Positions 56,066 through 64,000 of a DNA stretch of 64,000 bases are shown piece by piece. The stretch comes from Eledone cirrhosa (taxonomy: Eukaryota): the NCBI GenBank assembly GCA_964016885.1, contig OZ024746.1, positions 100,006,001 to 100,070,000 on the forward strand, written 5' to 3'. Numbering within the stretch: position 1 is the stretch's first letter; each line of letters starts with the position of its first letter. Position numbers and translations under genes: made by a program. The notes under the pieces are model-generated. The model had not been told where the DNA came from, ran no database searches, and saw nothing but the letters and a program-made list of their open reading frames with translations.

Positions 56066-56414
56066 TAAATAATATGGTGTGTTTATTAAATATGGATTTG
56101 AAAACAAAATTTAGGAAATATGAAAGTGAGGCTGAAATCAAATAACGGGCAAAAAGGATTGAGGGGAAAAATATATATAAATAAATATCCAGAACATAAA
56201 CATACACAAACTCAACTACGCGCTTATACGTAATAGTACGTAGACGTATACTTTCTTACATAAGCGTATTTGCGTCTATGTAGAAATACGAACAGACACA
56301 TAAAACGTGTGGTCTTTTGCTCACATATTTGCACACTTAGGCGCACATTCACACATGTACTCAACGTAAAATCTATATATACACATGCATATCTCTCCAT
56401 ACACATAGACACAA

Positions 56415-56552
<138 letters not shown>

Positions 56553-56689
56553 AGTGTAATTTTCTACACAAAACGAAGGTTATAGAGAAAATTGAGGTTG
56601 GTAATGGCACATGGAATATATAAGAGACAGAATACTTTTTTGTGAAAAAACATATAATTTTATAAGGTAAGGAAATAATAAAGGGTATA

Positions 56690-57268
56690 AAAAATGACCG
56701 GTTTCGATGGGTCTGCAAAAGCCATCTTTTCAAATGTTGATTAATATTAAGAAAAATTAATAATAAGAAGAGTTAAAATTTGAGATTTGAAAGTTCAAGT
56801 ATAAAATTCATTGTGGGATTTCATAGTAGTTTTCATCTTGGTAGCAGCAAGTTGACTGCTGTGTGCCTTTCTGGTAGTGAATGAGGAGTTATTTGGGGGT
56901 GTGGGTTATTTTATAAAGGTCAGATTTAGCAATGGCCAGATGGCCAGCTGCTGGTCAGTGAGGGGGTGGAAGCAATATACATACATATATCTCCCTGTGG
57001 TCGGTAGGAGAGGGGAGAGTGATAGAAAGGGATTTAGTGCACTTACACCTATATATACAAACATACCTTCATCCACACATACATATACATATACATATAC
57101 ATACACACATATATATATATATACATATACACACATACATACACACACACATACATATACATACACACATACACACACACACACATATATACACATACAC
57201 ACACATATATATATACACACACACACACATATATATACATACACATACATCCAGATACACACATACTT

Positions 57269-57304
<36 letters not shown>

Positions 57305-58420
57305 GTGTACATACACATATATACACACATATACATATATATATATACACACACACCCACACATACATACACACACACACACATATATATACATACACAC
57401 ATACAAACACACACACACACACATATATACACATACACACACACATATATATACACACACACACACATATATATACACATACGCATACATCCAGATACAC
57501 ACACACACACACACACACACACAATAAATACATCCACATGCACACACATACACACACACACACACACACATACACATACATACACCCACACACATAGAGA
57601 AATGGCCTCCAAATATATATACATACATACACATATATTTTTTCCATAATACAAGAAGTTAGGACAGTGAAATTAAAATACAAGTCATTCTGATCACATT
57701 GAGTTCTTCATGTAGATTGGGTCCCGCAACCGACAGTGGTGAATTCTGTGTGCGCATATATATATAGATATATGTGTGTGCACGTGCAGGGTTTAACATG
57801 GATGTGTTGGTCACACAAAGGCATGGTCTGTCAACGAATAAACCTGATTCTACAGAATTGGTCTCTGGTCGTTAATAGTAGTGATTCCGTGCGTATGTGT
57901 GTTTATATTTTATGACAATTCTATTGGGGTGATAACCCGTTTAGTTTTGGTTTAAATTTGTTAAGGAATAGATTTTCTTTGTTTATTCTTTGTTGCTGCG
58001 TGAACGAATCTGAGCACTTGTAGAAGGGGAAGATTTTAAAGTTGGGTAGTGTCATTCCTGCGCAGTTCGCAATATGGCTGCTCAAGGGGATTTTTCTTGT
58101 GTTAGCGTCCCGGATTTGTTGGCGGTGGATGGTCATTCTTTTGCGTAATGAGGAGCCCGTCTGTCCTATGTAGTTGTGTTTGCACCCACCGCAAGTTATT
58201 GCGTAAATCAAGTTCTCCGAGTTGCAGGTGAAATTGTTTTTTACTGTAAATGTTTGGCCATCTTTAAATGTAAATTTTTGTCCTTCAGTGAGGTAGAGGC
58301 ACTTCTTGATTCTTCTCGTTCTCCACCTGTCAATCAAAATGTCTTCATATATCAGAATTACTACTGTGGTGGGAGAGGGACTGTAATCTTGAACGGCTGG
58401 CATCACTTCGACGTCTTCAT
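56690..58420 (-). mobile_element. Second PLE family: GIY-YIG fragment and microsatellite-rich 3' region
   Basis: ORF 57921..58406 (FTCNSENLIYAITCGGCKHNYIGQTG..LRKRM..H...E...L....PKLN). Decayed HHR-like GAAA-CCGG-TC at about 56695-56735. The left boundary is uncertain. Confidence 0.7.
57075..57595. repeat. Compound (CA)n/(TA)n microsatellite
   Basis: Directly visible; many similar tracts occur elsewhere, e.g. 28035-28250, 31163-31485 and 37142-37340. Confidence 0.95.
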
Positions 58421-58714
58421 TGCTCCTAGGTACCTTAGTCTACATCGATCAGGTACACACCCGCAATTATGCTGCATGCGGCATTCATCATAAATAATGT
58501 TTTGCGGGAATTTAAAAACAACAAATCATGGGGATATTTAGCGTAACATTTGTAGGACACAGCCTTAGAAAACCCTCCGCCATACATATTTAAAAAAGAA
58601 AAAGAAGAAGAAAAAACCTGTATTAAGAACGTTTTTAAAAGAAAGCTTTCAACAGCCATTCAAACAGAGGGGCTATATCAAAGGTATTTTCAACAAATAC
58701 ACCCAATTCTACAT

Positions 58715-58998
58715 CCAAACTGTCAGAGCTAGTGAAAATATATGGTATTTTCAAAAATACACAGTGACTGATCGGCCTGATTTGCATATTAGCAGACTGG
58801 CTGATCAGGCAGGTGAACAGTGAGCTGTACTGATGAAAGGTGATACCCAGAAACATTAGTGTCTGCAGTTCTGTTCGCATGCCAACATAAGAGCAAGAAT
58901 GAAGTGTTCATTCTACTGACATGGCTATAAAATTGTGGCTTGTTTGCATAATTGCAAACGAATCGCATGTTGTTATTAATATTCGAAAAACTCAGATT
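58715..58998 (+). mobile_element. Same 440-nt HHR family, truncated, with an inverted 5' segment
   Basis: About 58715-58808 is inverted and 58809-58998 is colinear with the 20.7-kb copy. Ends at AAACTCAGATTA followed by (TA)n. Confidence 0.7.
58822..58871 (+). ncRNA. Hammerhead ribozyme of the ~440-nt retrozyme-like family
   Basis: GAGCTGTA-CTGATGA-aaGGT(gat)ACCca-GAAA-CATTAGTG-TC-TGCAGTTC: 8-bp stem I and GUC site. The base of stem II is a non-canonical A.A pair. Confidence 0.65.
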
Positions 58999-59163
58999 AT
59001 ATATATATATCCAGGGAGTGTAACTTGGAGTTACTGTAGGTTCACCCGGGTGAGCACTTGATGTTTAGGTTCACTTCAGTGTCGAGGTGTAGAGCTATAC
59101 AGAGTGTATTATACTTAAATAAAATAACAAGGACGATTAGTTACTCCATTACGTTTATTGGTT

Positions 59164-59225
59164 GGTGACGCGCGTTTCGCCACTATCGCTCTATCCCGAC
59201 TCTGTAACCCGCGGCTCGTCAGACC
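59164..59225 (-). ncRNA. Minimal hammerhead ribozyme with GUC cleavage triplet
   Basis: Minus strand: GGT-CTGACGA-GCCGC(loop)GTGGC-GAAA-CGCGCG-TC-ACC. Confidence 0.75.
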
Positions 59226-61921
59226 CCTTATAATGGTATTGGGAAAATGAATATACATGTCGTATGGGTAAGTCTGATGTCCCTATGGTGGTTTTGATTG
59301 GTGGGTTAATTCATAGGGATGTTTTTTTCCTGTAGTGTATGTTGGGTGGGTGTGGTGATAAGTTGGTGGTGAAGGTCGTAGGTTGAAGTGGGTGGCGGTG
59401 TCGGGGTGCTGGTTGTCACTAGACAGTTTGGCATGTAGATGTGGTTGATTTGTGGGTGTGGTGGTGTTGCGGTTTATGATACAGGATGAAAGGTTGCAGT
59501 GTTTAGGGTGGGGTGTTATGTGTGCTAGTGGATTGTTAAGAGGCTCATGTTATAAGAAGTTAATGTTCAGAGTGTACGTAAAAGCATATAGATACATATA
59601 TACACGCAGCGAGACAGACATATTATATACATACACATGTGTATATATATAGCCATTGTGGATAAGTGGCGTGGGCGATTGCACAAACATACGTACACAC
59701 GGACACACACATGCGGTGTTTAGGGAGGGCTGTTAGGTGTGGTATGTGCTGGTGAGGTTGAGGGTTGTGGATGTATGGCGATGTGTTTAGTGGTGGGGGT
59801 GATGGGTGCGACATGATATTAACAAGATCGGATCTTACAATGGGTTACATGTTAGAGAAGACGATGGTGCTGAGATGAGGGACGGTGTGGTAAGGTAAAG
59901 AATGATTATGCCTATGTTGGGAGAAGGTATGCGGAGAAGGTGTTCTTCCTGGTGTGCCTGCAGTTTATTATTTGGATTGGCAGTATCGGTAAAGAGTCGG
60001 ACACCATGCTTTGAAGCATAGAGTTACGTCCCTTTATGATCTGAGTTCAAATCCCGGCGAGGTTAACTTTGCCTTTCATCCTTACGGGGTCGATAAAATA
60101 AAGTACCAGTAATGTATATATATATACTTAGGGTAAATATTGATGCAATTCAAATCAAGCACTCAACGTACTCATTCCACATAGGAGTGACGGAGTAAAT
60201 ATCGAATAAGGAAAAGCGAAGTAGTTTCAGATGTTCAAGTCCTTTAATAATAATCGTTTCTACTATTGGCACAAGGCCAGCAATTATCCAGTACATTACT
60301 GGTACTTTATTTTATCGACCCCGTAAGGATGAAAGGCAAAGTTAACCTCGGCGGGATTTGAACTCAGAATGGCAAGGGCCGTAACTCTATGCGTCAAAGC
60401 ATGAATAATGCTGTGATATATATTTCAATGGCGGAAGTGGCCACACTCTTCTGTGCGCCAGTCTCGCGACATCGTCAGACAGCTTGTTTCATAATAAGGT
60501 TATGTTTCCGAGGCAATCCAAATTGAATCGACATGGGAACGGACGAAGTATGTGCTTTTGGGTTCTTCATCCGTTCCCCTGTGAGTACCAATTCACCCCC
60601 ACTGGTCTGCGCAGGCGCAGGTCCAGGGGGAAGTTGACCATTAGCTACCGCAGATTTAAACGAAATTCGCTTGGCAGTTCCCTCTCTCAGCCAGACAATG
60701 AGCCATTCAAGCCGGCACCATAGTTTACTGCTACCCATCCCATCTGTGACAGTCAGCCGAAAGCCAGTGGGGATGGGAGAGTGTTAGTATTTACAGGTCT
60801 CTATACTACCTCTCACTAATAACTGACCATCAACCCCTAAGAGTATATATTTTTAATTCTATGTATCATAGTTTCATATTGGAAGTTATAAGTGAAATTA
60901 GAACTAAAATTACAATTTAAAATCGAAAATCCTAAATCAAGTATCAGAAATTATAAATTAAAAATTAACAAATAGAAATTAAACAATTAAAGATTTTTCA
61001 AGTGATAATCCGTATTGAGGTGAGTAGAAAAAATATATAGAATGAAGTGAGTAAATAATATGCAGAGAGATGTTTAAGTAAGAAGTTCTGAAAGGGGTCC
61101 TGATCTTACAGTTATACTATCTACATACTGAACGATGGTGCCGTACAGTAGAACTGAGGGTAAATTACAGTATTGCGGGTAGTAGTCAATTGGGTACATA
61201 GTCGTAATTTCCATCACATGGAACAAAACCAACAAAGACATATATAAAGTACACAAAAGAAAAGAACCAATGAATGAATGAATGAATGAATGCAAAAACA
61301 CAGAGTACATATATGCAAAATGATCCATATTATTGTCAATTTGTCAATGTATAGGTTGAATTGAGGGGGCTTCTGTTCAAATGCGATTTGGTGCAGAAAA
61401 ATAGGGGTTTATCTTTGTTTCCGCGTATTTATCCTGCCGAAAGTTATTATTATGTCCGTCCAGTGTCCGGGGTTTCCATTCCATGGTAGAGGGAATTTCC
61501 AGGGGTAGCTCATGGTTGGTTCCTCTCTTCTCCACCATATCGGTTATATAAACTAATGCTTCACAATCACTCAAGCGAATGTTAACTTTACAAGTGTTGC
61601 AGTAAATAATTTACGATATAAAAAACGAAAGAAAGAATAGAGAAATATTTTGAAGTGAACGTGACCTATCGTATGGTCTAGTACAAAGGTTCTCAACGGG
61701 GGGCATATGCACCCCCAGGTGGGGGGGTCGGAAATCCAGGGGGGGGGGGCGTTTGGAGCTTTGGAGTGCACTGGCAGACTCTTTACTTTGGTAAGTTTTA
61801 TAAGCCATATTTGTATGTCTTTGAGACAGCCAGTGTAAATGCATTTGAATGAGCATGCAGACAGCATAACTATGGTCTGACCGCAGCTGTGGGCAAATAT
61901 CCTGGCACTCACTCAGTATGG

Positions 61922-62110
61922 GGCGAAATTGACAGTATCGGTAGAGTGTCGGACGCCATGCTTTCCAGCATAGAGTTACGGCCCTTTATGATCTGAGTTC
62001 AAATCCCGCCGAGGTTAACTTTGCCTTTCATCCTTACGGGGTCGATAAAATAAAGTACCAGTAATGTACTGGGTAATTGCTGGCCTTGTGCCTAAAGTAA
62101 AAACAATTAT
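61922..62110 (+). mobile_element. tRNA-derived SINE, second family (many copies, e.g. 640-835, 6503-6715, 45685-45825, 50655-50840, 55450-55720, 59972-60402, 63355-63897)
   Basis: Head TTGRCAGTATCGGTAGAG...GAGTTCAAATCCCGCCGAGG. Central AACTTTGCCTTTCATCCTTACGGGGTCGATAAAATAAAGTACCAGT resembles a Meta-type domain (inference). Confidence 0.8.
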
Positions 62111-64000
62111 TACGTTTAGTTAATGTTTAGTTAATTTTATTACGCTAGTCTGTTGAGTTTGAGAGAAATGATAGTAGTTGAGTCTGGATTTGAGCTTCCT
62201 TTAGAGATCATTTCGACTTCTGCTACTGATACGTTGTTTTGGCGGCGAATTGGCACTCAGCTGTCAAAAATGAGTTGTATCTGTAATTCGAGGAGCCAGC
62301 CTTGTCACATTTTATATCACGTTGAATCTCCCTGAGAACTACGTTAAAGATACACGTGTTTGTGGAATGCAAGTTCATTTCACAAGCAGGTTGTTTCATT
62401 GATCGTATCAACAGGAATACTCGTCGTCGTAACCGACGGAGTACCACTAACGGTTTACGTATGGAACACAATCGAAAGCTTACCCCATTATACACACATC
62501 TATAATGTCATTCTATAGGTAGTGAATTGTCAGAGTCGTTAGAACGTCAGATAGAATGCTTTATGGTATTTGTTCCGCCTCTCTCTGCTCCCTTAGTTCA
62601 CATGTCGCTGAGGTCACCTTTACCTTTCATCCTTTCGAGGTCGATAGAAAAGTACCAGTTTTGTACTAAGGTCGTTTCTTCTATATCTTTTTTTTATTCT
62701 TCTCTTTCGCTGTCTATCCTTCACTAGAAGAAATCTGCTGTGTTCACACCCGAAGAGGAGATGGGCTCCGACAGGTTTAAAACTGCCTAAGAAACACCGT
62801 ACATCACTACGGCGTTCCTACGACTCCAGACGGAGTTACGGGGCTAATACATACAAAATGTTATTCTACTTGTCATGGTATAGGTTCGATTCTTCCTTTC
62901 TTTGGAAGAAATCCTTTGTACACACATCTGGAGAGGGGTGGGCTCCGCCAGGTTTAAAATACCCAAGAAATGCCGATTCTATCAGGAGTTACGGGACTAT
63001 ACCATACATGAATATTAACCTCTGAAAAGGGGTATCTTTGTTATAGTTGACATCATAAAATTAACCTTTGAAATGTTCTAAAATGTTCGACTTGTGTGTA
63101 TGTAATCTTTCTTTCTTTTGAGACAGCAATCACGTGACATCCCTCAGGCTTGTGGTATTAGGGTGCGTAAGGTCCACACTCTTATGTGGGCAAAGATCCT
63201 GGCACTCACTCAGTATGTGGCGAAATGGTGATGGCTGCAGGCCCCATTGAATCGGCCGAGACCTGTGCCCAGTCGATTCAGGGACAACCACTCCCTCTGA
63301 GAAAGGTTAGCATCTGGTGGGAGGGTTGTATTGGGCTTGATATTCAGTTAAGCCAGTCGAACTCAGATCGTAAAGGGGCGTAACTCTTTGCGTCAAAGCA
63401 TGGCATCCGACCTTCTACTGATACTGCCAATCCACCGCTCTTAAAGTTAAAAAAGATACTCAATACAATGGTAGAGTTTGGACATCATTATTTTAACTTT
63501 GCCTTTCATCCTTATGGGGTCGATAAAATAAAGTACCAGTAATGCACTGTGTATTACTGGTACTTTATTTTATCGACCCATAAGGATGAAAGGCAAAGTT
63601 AACCTCGGCGGGATTTTAACTCAGAATGGAAAGGGCCATAACTCTATGCGTCAAAGCATGGCGTCCGACCCTCTACCGATGCTGCCAATCCACCTATTTT
63701 ACATAAAATAATTGTTTCTACTTTTGGCACAAGGCCAGCAATTACCCAGTGCATTACTGGTACTTTATTTTATCGACCCCGTAAGGATGAAAGGCAAAGT
63801 TAACCTCGGCGGGATTTTAACTCAGTCCGTAATGCGAAGTAACTCTTTGCTGCAAAGCATGGCGTCCGACCCTCTACCGATACTGCCAATCCACCGCCTT
63901 TTTTTTTTAAATAGTAGACCAGCCACCGTCCAAACTCTACCATTGTATTGAGTATCTTTTTTAACTAGGCTCATTTCTTGATTCCCATCGGTAATCCAAC

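Overview
AT-rich, repeat-dense animal genomic DNA. The SINE/LINE repertoire and long (TA)n, (CA)n and (GA)n tracts resemble a cephalopod (octopus-like) genome; this is inference. The only host gene found is the 5' part of an unconventional myosin-motor gene on the minus strand. It has seven phase-compatible GT-AG coding exons between 46017 and 1425, with P-loop GESGSGKT, switch [10 protein letters not shown] and LEKSR, and it runs off the left edge. Its introns and upstream region contain RTE-like LINE fragments, tRNA-derived SINEs, an R4-like fragment, Helitron remnants, Tc1/mariner MITEs and large minisatellites. The most striking signal is a dense set of Penelope-like elements (PLEs) and small non-coding elements carrying minimal type I hammerhead ribozyme (HHR) motifs. 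These abut (TA)n tracts and repeatedly form head-to-head fold-back structures, with arms from about 60 bp to 1.85 kb. One ORF-less family of about 440 nt occurs in different circular permutations, and one copy starts exactly at the predicted HHR cleavage site, which suggests a retrozyme-like (possibly circular RNA) element. All calls were made by eye, without database searches or folding software.
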